Below, in pieces: positions 1 through 10,029 of a DNA stretch of 64,000 nt. Numbering within the stretch: position 1 is the stretch's first letter; the number at the start of each line of letters is the position of its first letter. Both the position numbers and the translations under genes were made by a program. This stretch comes from a virus (taxonomy: Duplodnaviria; Caudoviricetes): IMG/VR virus record IMGVR_UViG_3300033066_001528, positions 1 to 64,000 of that record; one strand, written 5' to 3'. The notes under the pieces are model-generated. The model worked only from the letters and a program-made list of their open reading frames with translations, was not told the origin of the DNA and did no database searches.

Positions 1-2
1 GG

Positions 3-2657
3 AACGAGTCTCGTTCCATCATCCCAAAGAGGTGGGGTGGCGTTAGCCCAGGGAAGGGGTTGGTTGCCAGGAGTACCGGGATAACCGTTGAATCCGGCAA
101 GATCGGTTAGAACTACGGCCACACCCGCTGGATTGAGTTTTCCTGAGTCAGCTTCGGCGGTTATTTCCTGAGACCTTATTTCAATAGTTACAGTTCGAGT
201 GCTGTTGAAAAATGTATTGAAATCAGCAGAAAGCGGCACAACCACCAGACCCGACGAGCTACTAGCTACCTTCGATGTGTAGGGATTATCCGATTGAGCA
301 TTGATGGTACCGGCCCCGACAATTTTGAAAGCGCCGTTATTGTCCCGGCTACTGTAATCTCCGTAAACAACAATATAAGCCCTGGAGCTATCCCCGGAGT
401 AATCCTGACCATCATTTGTAAGATAATCCCGAAGGGATTTGCCACCCGGGCCCAGGGGGGTTGAACTTAGGAAAGTATCCCAATTCTGCCCAGGGATGTT
501 GATTTCATAGTTGTTCCCCGGAATGGAGGGGTTGACAAAGTTAGCAGAGCTAGCCAAAACCCCCGTGAATTGGAATGTTTCGTGGAGTAGGTCACCAAGA
601 ACAATGAAAGGTCGTTCGAAATTGGTTTCCCGAACGGGGTACATAGGACCGGGGAAATTAACTGCATCCTCCCCCGGTCCCATTGTGTTTGTCATCCTTC
701 CCGCAATGAACCCATTGGCATTGGCACTGGTTGGACTTGCAGCATTCCCAGAGGCCCCCCCCAAAAACCTAAGCTTCCATGGATGCTGATCCCCTAGCGA
801 CGGATCAGAGTCAGGAAGCCACGATTCGTAGGGAGCCAGGAATCGGACAGATTTCTGACCACCTTGCAATCCATACCGTGCCCCGGAAGCGCCATCGGCC
901 CCTCCAATGTGGAAGAAGATTGTGCTACCATTAGTCCAACCTGTACCCACACCCAAACTGTTCAAGAATCCATGGGGTTGGAAGTCCGCACTGACCGACC
1001 AAAGAAGAGAAGAGTTGGTGTCCAATGAGGAAATAGTTCCGTTAACCATCGGCGCGGAAGGATCAAGGATAACCGAAACATCACGTTGAACCGCGGCGCT
1101 GTCGGACCAAACTGTACGAAGGCCGTCGGGCCCATCAGCCAAACCCACATGATTTGGTGGGGTTAGCGGTGTGGCTTGCGGTGAATGGAGGTATGATACC
1201 TCTGTTACTGTGGTGCCAAACGTATTGCCCCCAGTACCAGACTTCTTGTAGGTAGTTCGGAGGGATCCCTGCACCAGACTGGAGACTGCGTGCTGAAGGA
1301 GTCTGTTGTAATCCCATTCCCCAAGGGTGATTGCCCGTCTCAAGTCAACAATGTCGGATGAAACGATCTGATCTGAATAAACCTCGGAGGGGTTGGTGTT
1401 GTACAGCCGAACGGGTGTCCCCATCGCGTGCCAACGACCGGCAGTTGTAGACGGAGTGCGGGAAGCAGAACCCCCCCTGCCGCGACCATTCGGATCAATG
1501 AACACCGTACCACCGCCGACATTCACAGCGCTGATTCCGATGATCTCCTCATCAATCCCCTCACCTACCACAAGAAATCTAAGGGCCCCTGGAGCCGGAA
1601 ATAGCAAAGCATCATCCAACCCAGAACCACTCAAATTTGCAAGTGGAATAGACCCCGTAACCCCCGGGGCAAGCACCGCCCCTAGAGTAGCCCTCAAAAG
1701 GGGTCGGGCACCATCCCTAGGATTTGGGAGTGTGGAAGATGACGGTGTTCTAGTGGTGGCGCCATTCTGATTTGGGTTTCCGGAAAAAGTAAGTGCCGTG
1801 AAGTCGGCACTATTCTTTCGGAAAACCCCAGCAACCGGGACGGCATAGACGTACCCATCAATCGTCCCCAAAGCGTTGGAAGGATCACCGTCCCCCGCCC
1901 TCCAAAGAGAGGGGTCACCCAATTCATCCCGCATGTTTGAGAAAGTAAAAGCGGTTGGGGTACTAGAAGCACCCTGCCCCCTCACCTGAGGATCTGTCAG
2001 CCCATCGGGATAGGTTGCAAGATCAACAGAAGTACCAAGAGCATCCCCACTACCCACCACGCGAATCCGATATTGAACCTGAACACGCTTTGTTGTTTCT
2101 ACCCGAATTGTAGGATCCTGAATGTCATCAGGTAGATTTGTGCCCCCATACTCCACATTTCCAAAGCGCCACAGATGGGTTGCATCTGGCTTGTTAGTGG
2201 TAGAGGGCTGGGGGGATACCAGGGCCCTCCAAACCTCAAGAAAAACAAAATCCGTCCTTCTGTCCGTAGAGGGTGGTGGATTCAATCGAATCCGGTTGGA
2301 GACACCATCCGTTGTCAAACCAGTTCCTACAACTGGAATGACCCACCCATTAACGCAAGCAACCAGAACAGGACTATCTTCCTCTTGACCTAAAAACAGG
2401 CCCCTGGGTCCAAGATAAAACTGATTGGACCAAAGGTCATCAAATTGAAAATCTTCCTGACACCTAGTTGGATCCATCAAAAACCCGGAGTGGGTTTGTG
2501 ATCGAATGGTTTGTGCGAGGGACTCCCAATCGATCTGGGCTACTAGATTCAACTCCGCATCCAGCGGGGGTTTATCATCCTGCCACACAACAGCCATAAA
2601 CTGGCGTTGAATTGCACTAAGTGTTCTGGTGACTCCTGGTCCTAAACTCTCGGTCAT
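3..2657 (-). CDS. Large baseplate wedge / tail-fibre attachment structural protein (3' end runs off the window)
   Basis: Absent from the ORF track, presumably because no stop occurs in the window. Manual translation from ATG 2657 (AGGA upstream) gives MTESLGPGVTRTLSAIQRQFMAVVWQDDKPPLDAELN...RTDFVFLEVW...VETTKRVQVQYRIRVV, an N-terminus typical of large-phage baseplate proteins. Confidence 0.7.
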   Translation of the reverse strand, partial: MTESLGPGVTRTLSAIQRQFMAVVWQDDKPPLDAELNLVAQIDWESLAQTIRSQTHSGFLMDPTRCQEDFQFDDLWSNQFYLGPRGLFLGQEEDSPVLVACVNGWVIPVVGTGLTTDGVSNRIRLNPPPSTDRRTDFVFLEVWRALVSPQPSTTNKPDATHLWRFGNVEYGGTNLPDDIQDPTIRVETTKRVQVQYRIRVVGSGDALGTSVDLATYPDGLTDPQVRGQGASSTPTAFTFSNMRDELGDPSLWRAGDGDPSNALGTIDGYVYAVPVAGVFRKNSADFTALTFSGNPNQNGATTRTPSSSTLPNPRDGARPLLRATLGAVLAPGVTGSIPLANLSGSGLDDALLFPAPGALRFLVVGEGIDEEIIGISAVNVGGGTVFIDPNGRGRGGSASRTPSTTAGRWHAMGTPVRLYNTNPSEVYSDQIVSSDIVDLRRAITLGEWDYNRLLQHAVSSLVQGSLRTTYKKSGTGGNTFGTTVTEVSYLHSPQATPLTPPNHVGLADGPDGLRTVWSDSAAVQRDVSVILDPSAPMVNGTISSLDTNSSLLWSVSADFQPHGFLNSLGVGTGWTNGSTIFFHIGGADGASGARYGLQGGQKSVRFLAPYESWLPDSDPSLGDQHPWKLRFLGGASGNAASPTSANANGFIAGRMTNTMGPGEDAVNFPGPMYPVRETNFERPFIVLGDLLHETFQFTGVLASSANFVNPSIPGNNYEINIPGQNWDTFLSSTPLGPGGKSLRDYLTNDGQDYSGDSSRAYIVVYGDYSSRDNNGAFKIVGAGTINAQSDNPYTSKVASSSSGLVVVPLSADFNTFFNSTRTVTIEIRSQEITAEADSGKLNPAGVAVVLTDLAGFNGYPGTPGNQPLPWANATPPLWDDGTRLV

Positions 2658-2691
2658 ATTGTCCTACGTGGGGGAAAGGGAAACCAACGCC

Positions 2692-3459
2692 TCAGTACAT
2701 CAAGGCATAGGAAACCAAAGTAATCGGGGTGTTACCGCGATTCACAAAAGCTAACCGCAAATGAGTGCCCGCAACCATACTGGTGAACGGAACCATACGA
2801 CGAAGAAGCTGATAGCTCGCGCCATCATCCATCGAAACATACGCTTCAAAAGAAGTAGGATCTTGAGTAACTTCCTCCGCGGATTTCATGGCCGGGGTGT
2901 TGGTACCCGAGACATAACTCATCACATCGGCAGAGAGAAGGTGAGAAGCCAAACACCAATGAAGCATAACATCCGTGACACCAGAGGGAACATCTGCGGA
3001 AATATCAATAGTATCTGTAATAACAAGCCCGGGTCTAGCCGGTACAACGGTCGTGTTCTGGGCAAATAGTTTGACTCCATTGGGGGCTAACCCATTATCC
3101 GATGGGGCTCCAAATCGACCCAACTGAGATCGAACGCTCCAGGTTCTGAGTGGAGGACCAAAATCGTAGGGGAAAACAGCAGTTGAATCCAATTTGCCGG
3201 AATCCGATCCGGTCAAAAGAGCATTGTAACGCACAAAACCATACCGCGGATAGAGAGAAAGCAAGCCACTGTAAATAGCATCCGTAAGATCAGTTAGGGA
3301 TGTTGGTAGGGGGTCGGGGACGGAAACACCTTCAGGAACGTCAATAAAAAACTTCCCGTTGACATTTGTCTGAAGCCCAACCCTCGGTGTGGGTGCTATC
3401 TGAACGACAAAATCGTTAGGGTCTGACCCCACGCGGTTGATATCAGCGTAAATTCTCAT
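2692..3459 (-). CDS. Putative virion (baseplate region) structural protein
   Basis: 255-aa beta-rich ORF, co-oriented with and between baseplate genes. Confidence 0.5.
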   Translation of the reverse strand: MRIYADINRVGSDPNDFVVQIAPTPRVGLQTNVNGKFFIDVPEGVSVPDPLPTSLTDLTDAIYSGLLSLYPRYGFVRYNALLTGSDSGKLDSTAVFPYDFGPPLRTWSVRSQLGRFGAPSDNGLAPNGVKLFAQNTTVVPARPGLVITDTIDISADVPSGVTDVMLHWCLASHLLSADVMSYVSGTNTPAMKSAEEVTQDPTSFEAYVSMDDGASYQLLRRMVPFTSMVAGTHLRLAFVNRGNTPITLVSYALMY

Positions 3460-3478
3460 TCTCTCTCACCTTACCGGA

Positions 3479-3952
3479 TTGCCTATGTCTGCTCATAACA
3501 ACCCCACCAAACACAAACTAACCATCGAAATGGTACCCGGACCAAATTGGAAATGGAATCTAAGGTCCGAGTTAACATCAACTGAATGGGATAAACTACG
3601 AAAACAAGTATATCAGAAAGCCAACTATAAATGTGAAGTGTGTGGGGGTGTGGGACCAAAACACCCCGTTGAGGCTCACGAAAAATGGAAGTATATCGAC
3701 GGGGATCCAGGAATTCAAATCCTGGTGGGTGTAGAAGCCCTGTGCCCCAAATGCCACATGGTTCGACATGCCGGTTTGTGGTTTGGGAAAAGGATGGGTC
3801 ACGTCGTATTGGCTCAATTGATGCTGGTGAATGAGATTACCATAGAGGAGGCCGAGAAGATGGTAATGGAAGCATTCCATACGTGGAGAGAACGTTCGGC
3901 CAAAAGATGGAACCCCCCTGATATAACATGGCTGAACTCAAAGCAAATTTAG
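3479..3952 (+). CDS. HNH endonuclease
   Basis: WDKLRKQVYQKANYKCEVCG...VEAHEKW...LCPKCHMVRH: two CxxC pairs plus catalytic His. Likely start ATG 3485. Confidence 0.8.
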   Translation: MPMSAHNNPTKHKLTIEMVPGPNWKWNLRSELTSTEWDKLRKQVYQKANYKCEVCGGVGPKHPVEAHEKWKYIDGDPGIQILVGVEALCPKCHMVRHAGLWFGKRMGHVVLAQLMLVNEITIEEAEKMVMEAFHTWRERSAKRWNPPDITWLNSKQI

Positions 3953-4563
3953 ACGATGTCCAACGAAGGCTAGAAGAGGCCATCTGGGGGGACCTGGATG
4001 AGTACAGCATTCCGTGGATCAAGACTAAAATAACCATCATCAAACCCAGTTTGATGAAAAGCGATATTACTTTAGAGATATCCGCAATCATTGAACCAGA
4101 GATGTTACATCCGGAAGAAGCAAAGTGCAACCTCCGTAAAGTTCGTAGAGCGTTATCCAACCTAGAGGTGTCAATCAGCAAAACGGACTACATTTTGGAT
4201 ACCATTCTTAATATGGCAGGGATATTGGCCCCCAAACTCTACGAGGTAGACCCGAGAATTGGATTGCCCCTCACGGGGAGCGATGATCAGGATCTCAGTT
4301 TTACCCGGTCTAAGAATATTTTCCCCACGTCACCCCTTTTTGATCCACCCAGGAAAAATCTAAGGCAAGAAAGAATTCTCTTTGACCAAAAAAGATGGAC
4401 ACCAATATGCCCCTTCTGCAACAATGAGAGAGAAATGATTCTTCGGGGAGATGGTGACTTCTATTGGGGTGGGGGAAATATTAACTGGGTGCACTCCGTG
4501 TGTGCCCCATGGATTCAACACATCAGCACACAACCATTCAAAGGAAATTATGGATCCGACTGA
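3928..4563 (+). CDS. Hypothetical protein with C-terminal Zn-binding motif
   Basis: CPFC...WVHSVC; overlaps the HNH gene. Confidence 0.55.
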   Translation: MAELKANLDDVQRRLEEAIWGDLDEYSIPWIKTKITIIKPSLMKSDITLEISAIIEPEMLHPEEAKCNLRKVRRALSNLEVSISKTDYILDTILNMAGILAPKLYEVDPRIGLPLTGSDDQDLSFTRSKNIFPTSPLFDPPRKNLRQERILFDQKRWTPICPFCNNEREMILRGDGDFYWGGGNINWVHSVCAPWIQHISTQPFKGNYGSD

Positions 4564-4726
4564 CCTAAGATTCGTTGCAACGGCCATTTACAGAACATGG
4601 CAAGAGGTAGTGGGGAAAAAAGAAAACTCCAAATACCCATTTTCTACAACCCAACAAGAGTTGGAATATGTAAAACAACTGGAACGTGAGCTTTGCGCCC
4701 TAGGCTATAAAATCACCAAGGAGTAG
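4550..4726 (+). CDS. Small hypothetical protein
   Basis: ATG 4550 with AAGGA upstream; fills the gap in the plus-strand cassette. Confidence 0.45.
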   Translation: MDPTDLRFVATAIYRTWQEVVGKKENSKYPFSTTQQELEYVKQLERELCALGYKITKE

Positions 4727-4728
4727 AC

Positions 4729-4959
4729 ATGGTCATCCAGTTAAACCGACGGACGAGAATTAACATTGTTCTTACCGAAGCAAATGTCGTTTCCACCGAG
4801 CCCAACCTGGAGAAAACCATAGAGGAAGTTATCTCCTATTTGGAAGGTATGGGACACACGATTCGAAACGTTGGTTTTTGGCGATCAGAGTCTAACGGAG
4901 TGTTTACAACAAGGTTGACCCTTTGCCGGTTACCCAAGCCTGCCAATAGCTCGGTCTAA
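4729..4959 (+). CDS. Small hypothetical protein
   Basis: AAGGAG Shine-Dalgarno before ATG. Confidence 0.5.
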   Translation: MVIQLNRRTRINIVLTEANVVSTEPNLEKTIEEVISYLEGMGHTIRNVGFWRSESNGVFTTRLTLCRLPKPANSSV

Positions 4960-7900
4960 GTTAGCACTAGCAGCATTCCCAGCAGAAGTAAGTCCCTCTT
5001 CTACTTGCCCAGTCAATTGCTGCCATCCAGAAACGCGACTCAAGAGAGATTGCCTACCCTGGGACCCGGTTGACCCCCGCATTGCTTGTTGCGTCACGGC
5101 CCAGGACTCCGCAGCCCGGACCCGTTGATCGGTGACCCATTGGGACGCCGTATTGGGTGCATCCACACCTACAAAGGCCCTCTCCACTCCAGCCATATAA
5201 GCGGCAAGAAGGAGATCAGCCTCTGCTCCTCGACACTCACAAGTATCCCGATGTCCGACAGGTTGGAGATCGGTTAGGTTAAAAGCAGCATTACTTACGG
5301 GAAGTTTTGTTACACTATCACGGTCACTGAGAATATAGTTTGCCAGACCCGCAGCAATCATGGCAGTCCTATCTCCCGTGGGGGTCCCACCTTGATTCTC
5401 TGACCATCGGAGAGCAATCTGCCCCCCTACGGACGCTTGGAATGACGAATCACCGGCAATTTCCGCCAATCTCGATCTTAGATTGTCAGGGAAAGTCAAA
5501 TTCCCATTAGCATCCCTCCCAACGGGAGATGTCCGTAATTCTCTAACGAATGCATCCACCATGGAGGGATCAACATATCGAAACGGATCATTTGCCATAA
5601 GCCGTTCGTAGTTGCCACCGGATTCGATGCTTAATCCGCGACCATATTGGAAGCTGCCGAAATGCTCATATCCCCTAGCGTCACTCACAGGAAAAACTGG
5701 TGAGAAAGAACCAACGGACTCTCGAATCTCGTTCCCTCTAGTTTGTGTGTGAAAAGGAAGACCCGGAGGAAGGTTGGAATTGCCAAACAAGGACGTGATG
5801 GACTGGGACCAAAATCTAAGTTGATCCAAAGCCGTCCCAGAAGTTGACCCCTCAAGTGCCCGATCTAAGGCACCTTGATTATAGACTGAAACCTCTATAA
5901 GCAAAGCCGCAGCTTTCTCTCGAAGAATAGTCCGGGCGTTGTCAACAGACCCAACCCTTTGGTCCGTCACAATCTGACCACGGAGGGTGGCGCGGTTGTT
6001 AGGGACTCCATTCGTTATATTGGCGGTTTGAGCAATTTGATTGCCATCTCCATCCCTTAAGTTGTTGATTCCAAGCACGGCTTGTCCAACAAGTTCTCCA
6101 GCGGTCTGGCCCACATTCCCTAAAGCTGACTGCCCAACCCGGGCAACAAAAGAAGCCATAAGTGGATCTGCAAGCGGAGGAGAGGAAAGGCAAGATTCAA
6201 AAGATTGACGGAGAGAATCTAAAGTTGTCCCGGCATCATATGTAACCGTCGGGATAGTTGATGCCCTTGGAACGCTTCTTTCTTCGAAAGTCAAAGTATA
6301 TATCTGGCTGGTTGGTACAACAATAGGATCCCGACTCAAATTAGTTCTAACACGCAGCCCGTTGGTAGGCACACCCAAAGACAGGGACACAAGATCCGCT
6401 TGCCGGTCTTCAGGCATCCCATCGGATGTGTTTGCATTGACTACCAACACGGACTCTAGCTCTTCCCTCCTGAACGCAACCCTTCTACTGGGTGTGGAAG
6501 AGGAAGGTGGGTTAGTGCTACCAACCTGAGATCCACTCTGGGACCCCGTCCCACCAGCACTTCTACGGCGAGAGGGTGTAGAAGGGCCTCTACGGCTTCC
6601 AACCAAAGGAGGATTCAAAGGGGTGTTTTGTGTCAGTTGGGCATCTTGGGTATTGATATTTGCGGATGCCGGAATCCATTCGGTCAATGCCGTTCGAGTG
6701 AGGGACGTAACGCTTCGGATATAGCCACTTGGATCCGACCCGGTCATGTAGCCACTTTGGTGCAACGCTTGTACGTATTGGCGTGGGTCATTACTGGCCA
6801 CCACACGGGCAATGGCCTCTCCGTGGACCCTCATTAAGACACCAAGGTAATCTTGAGCCCCTTGTCTTGCCGACCCATAGGCTCTGAAGTTTCTGAAGAC
6901 CCTTGTAGGGTTGTGGTCCTCTCTGGTCAAAAGACGGGTTGATGCCCCGTGCCAACCAGTATCATTGGCATGTCCCTGAGCTTTAATCCCTCCGAAGTTG
7001 AAGTTATACATCCCCCTCCCATAACGACCGTTCTCATGTGCCCACTGAGCAGCCAAAACGGCCAAGACTTCATTGGTGGGGGGTTGGCCACCGTGGGAGT
7101 TTCTCCACGCTTCCCGTAGGTATGCCACTACCTGGGGTCCAGTCATAGGGGTGTGTATAGCCTCTACGTTTGACTCAAGACGAGGAGCATCCCTTGGGGG
7201 TCGGGCGTTAGGGTCATCGCTGGTAGCCCCAGGAATTAACCTAGAGCCTGTTACGGGGGTCCACGCCCCAATGGGTCTGGTGCTGCCACTCAATATTGGA
7301 TCATCCCCATCAACAAAAGTAGATGCGCCACCGGAAGCTTCCGATGTCGCGGATCCGTCTGAAGAGATGTCTTCGGAACTGGACCCAGATGGGTCCATCT
7401 CTGTAGTCAACGCTTCATATCCCTGTTGGGATGGGTCCGGGTGAGCGGCAGAGTAGTATCGATAGTATCCAGGGATGTTGACTCCCATGGAAGCCTTTCG
7501 GTCATTCAAGAGGTCCAGAATGTTGGCCGACTCATTGATGGTCCCCGTTGGATCTCGGGAAGTATCCTGAAATCCCGGACCAGGAGTTTGGGGCCGAGCT
7601 TGGTTGATGAGGTAAGTAAATACCGCAATCATCTCCTGATCGTTTTCAGTGAGATTTCTTCGGCCAGGAAGACGGGCATCTCTCGTTGCTTCTACTGTAT
7701 TTCTAACCCCAGTCCGGATTCCTTCTATCGTGGTAGGACCATCGGATTGGGTACCAAAATTTGCCCGCAGATTTAGGAGATCCTGTGCGATCTGAGCCCT
7801 CTCCTGAGGAATCTCTTGATTCAACCGTCGATCTTGAGCTGGGGTTCTGTTGGCAGAGTTTTGCAAGGAAGAAAACTCCCGGTCCAACGACCTATTTCGT

Positions 7901-10026
7901 CTTTCCAGGGCAGCTATGGCATCCCTTGACCTTGACCGAAGGGCAATGTAATTGCCCAGGGCCGAAGCAAGCTGCTCCTTGGTGAGCACAAGGTCACTGA
8001 AACCATCCCTCTGGATAGTCCAGGGACCTTCCATGGGATTAGCGGAAGCCGCACTATTTTGCCCCAAGGATAAGAGACCATTAGAGACCAGGATTTGAAC
8101 GAAGTTATCTAGAAAAAGAGCCCTGTTCCTCGTCCTTGTCTGTTGATTTCCAGTAGAAAGGACGGAGTCCTCCACCTGAAAACCGTAAACAAAAAATTGA
8201 GGGTTGATCCTAGTTGGATCCAAGGCCATCACCACATTGGGAAAGCCAATAAGTTTTGGGACCCCGGCAGTAGTCAATGCTTGGAGGGGCTTTGGGGGCA
8301 AAGCTGTGTTTGCTAAGTCGACAGAATTAACCCCATGGCGACCAGCCGTTACGGCAGGCGTTCCGGGGGGGAAGAACTTTCTCCTACGGGCAACAAGGTT
8401 TAGGGTGGTTGTAGGCTGACCACTTCCGAAACTGAGAGAGTGGGAAATGGATTGAACATAATAATAACAATCCAAATGTGGGATGTAAACGGGATAACCA
8501 GGACGGATCTCGGGTCTCATTGGAATCGTGACGGTTGCCGAATTCATTCCGGCATTCATCCTGTCCAGTTGAGCCACACCGGCAAAAAAGGCACTCCGAG
8601 CGTTATTGTAATACTGAGTCTCAATCGATTGCTCCCTCCAACCGAATTGAGCTACCAACTTGTAATCAACATAGACGGATCGGACACCCCACTCAGCTTC
8701 ATCCACCAGCCCTCTTGTATTTTGGAAGGGTCCGGCTTTTATGATGATGTAGGTGGCATCTGGTTCGGCTTCGGTTTTACTCAGACTAATGATGTCAATA
8801 GGTTCCAGCCGATAAACCCTTGAAGAGCTAGTATCGAGATTGTAAAGAGGGGGCTTGAAAACCAAATCTCCATCCACATCCTGATAAAACTCAAATCCAG
8901 TTACCTGTGTGACTTGCGTTGCCACATCCAATTTGGATTCATAAGTGCTCTCAAACAAGTTTACTTGGCCAAAAGTACCAATATCCGTAACAAACGCTTG
9001 CATCTGTGTCACATCGAGCCCATACCTACCACCATTTGCAGAAGGTAGGAGGGACAAGTCTGGTTGACGAAGCACTCTTCCGTCCTGACGATCGGCCAGA
9101 CCTAAAAGAAGACCACGGTCCAAAGCAAAAGCATCACGTCCCGAAACCCGTTGGGATAAGTTGGCAGCGATAAATTGCCCAGCCTGAGAGCTTGTCCTAT
9201 ATTGGGACAAATAGGCTTGCTGAGAAGAGGTAAACATTTGACCCGAGGCTCCATGCATTCTCAACCCATACATGCGGTCCCGGAATCTCCGCTCCCAATA
9301 TCTCATGGCAAGGGAGAACATGCTGTCTCGCGTGGCCGAACTTGCGGCGTTGAAGTTGGTTCTGCTCTGAAGGGCGAAACCCACACCGGCTGCGGCTCCC
9401 GTTGTGTCTCTGTATAAATCGTAAATGATAGCATATGGGGTGCGACCCGAGTATGGGTGACCCGTAAGGGTAGTCTGCACCCTACTATTTTGCGGGCGAG
9501 CACCAAAGAAAGATCCATTGGTGGAAACTTTCATGTGAGACCAGAAATGTAGCATCCCACTACAAGTCAAGGATACGCTATAGTAGCCACCACTATAATC
9601 ATCGGAAACGGCGGTTACTACCCCGTGGAACATGGGGTAGTAAGGATACTGTGGAATATCGGAAAGGTCCACGTCCCCTACTTTCACCCCCCTGGTAGCA
9701 AGCCCCGTCATAGGGAAGTAGCCTCTACCATAGATGTGAACCTCTAACCCAACCCTCAACAGACTGTTACCATCTCTGAAAAGGCTATCCCCATAGAACC
9801 TGGGAATGGACATCGCAATTGTGGCAGTTGAGGCCCCGGGCTCTACCCCACAATCAGTTGAAATTGATGTAACAAACTGCTGTATATCAATATCATGGTG
9901 ACACGTACGGCATCCGGGGAGGGCACTGTCCCCATTTAAATACACAAGGGCATCCGGAGTATACTGAATCGTAGGTCGTAGATTTGGTTTCCACGTACCA
10001 GCATAAGGTCGGTCAACAATGGACAA
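4930..10026 (-). CDS. Baseplate hub protein with internal GH73/FlgJ-like peptidoglycan hydrolase domain
   Basis: Hub-like N-terminus (FEFYQDVDGDLVFKPP; TIPMRPEIRPGYP). Internal LAAQWAHENG..YNFNFGGIKA..FRAYGS..GY at about 6680-7150 matches the glucosaminidase family. Confidence 0.75.
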   Translation of the reverse strand: MSIVDRPYAGTWKPNLRPTIQYTPDALVYLNGDSALPGCRTCHHDIDIQQFVTSISTDCGVEPGASTATIAMSIPRFYGDSLFRDGNSLLRVGLEVHIYGRGYFPMTGLATRGVKVGDVDLSDIPQYPYYPMFHGVVTAVSDDYSGGYYSVSLTCSGMLHFWSHMKVSTNGSFFGARPQNSRVQTTLTGHPYSGRTPYAIIYDLYRDTTGAAAGVGFALQSRTNFNAASSATRDSMFSLAMRYWERRFRDRMYGLRMHGASGQMFTSSQQAYLSQYRTSSQAGQFIAANLSQRVSGRDAFALDRGLLLGLADRQDGRVLRQPDLSLLPSANGGRYGLDVTQMQAFVTDIGTFGQVNLFESTYESKLDVATQVTQVTGFEFYQDVDGDLVFKPPLYNLDTSSSRVYRLEPIDIISLSKTEAEPDATYIIIKAGPFQNTRGLVDEAEWGVRSVYVDYKLVAQFGWREQSIETQYYNNARSAFFAGVAQLDRMNAGMNSATVTIPMRPEIRPGYPVYIPHLDCYYYVQSISHSLSFGSGQPTTTLNLVARRRKFFPPGTPAVTAGRHGVNSVDLANTALPPKPLQALTTAGVPKLIGFPNVVMALDPTRINPQFFVYGFQVEDSVLSTGNQQTRTRNRALFLDNFVQILVSNGLLSLGQNSAASANPMEGPWTIQRDGFSDLVLTKEQLASALGNYIALRSRSRDAIAALERRNRSLDREFSSLQNSANRTPAQDRRLNQEIPQERAQIAQDLLNLRANFGTQSDGPTTIEGIRTGVRNTVEATRDARLPGRRNLTENDQEMIAVFTYLINQARPQTPGPGFQDTSRDPTGTINESANILDLLNDRKASMGVNIPGYYRYYSAAHPDPSQQGYEALTTEMDPSGSSSEDISSDGSATSEASGGASTFVDGDDPILSGSTRPIGAWTPVTGSRLIPGATSDDPNARPPRDAPRLESNVEAIHTPMTGPQVVAYLREAWRNSHGGQPPTNEVLAVLAAQWAHENGRYGRGMYNFNFGGIKAQGHANDTGWHGASTRLLTREDHNPTRVFRNFRAYGSARQGAQDYLGVLMRVHGEAIARVVASNDPRQYVQALHQSGYMTGSDPSGYIRSVTSLTRTALTEWIPASANINTQDAQLTQNTPLNPPLVGSRRGPSTPSRRRSAGGTGSQSGSQVGSTNPPSSSTPSRRVAFRREELESVLVVNANTSDGMPEDRQADLVSLSLGVPTNGLRVRTNLSRDPIVVPTSQIYTLTFEERSVPRASTIPTVTYDAGTTLDSLRQSFESCLSSPPLADPLMASFVARVGQSALGNVGQTAGELVGQAVLGINNLRDGDGNQIAQTANITNGVPNNRATLRGQIVTDQRVGSVDNARTILREKAAALLIEVSVYNQGALDRALEGSTSGTALDQLRFWSQSITSLFGNSNLPPGLPFHTQTRGNEIRESVGSFSPVFPVSDARGYEHFGSFQYGRGLSIESGGNYERLMANDPFRYVDPSMVDAFVRELRTSPVGRDANGNLTFPDNLRSRLAEIAGDSSFQASVGGQIALRWSENQGGTPTGDRTAMIAAGLANYILSDRDSVTKLPVSNAAFNLTDLQPVGHRDTCECRGAEADLLLAAYMAGVERAFVGVDAPNTASQWVTDQRVRAAESWAVTQQAMRGSTGSQGRQSLLSRVSGWQQLTGQVEEGLTSAGNAASANLDRAIGRLG

Positions 10027-10029
10027 GAG

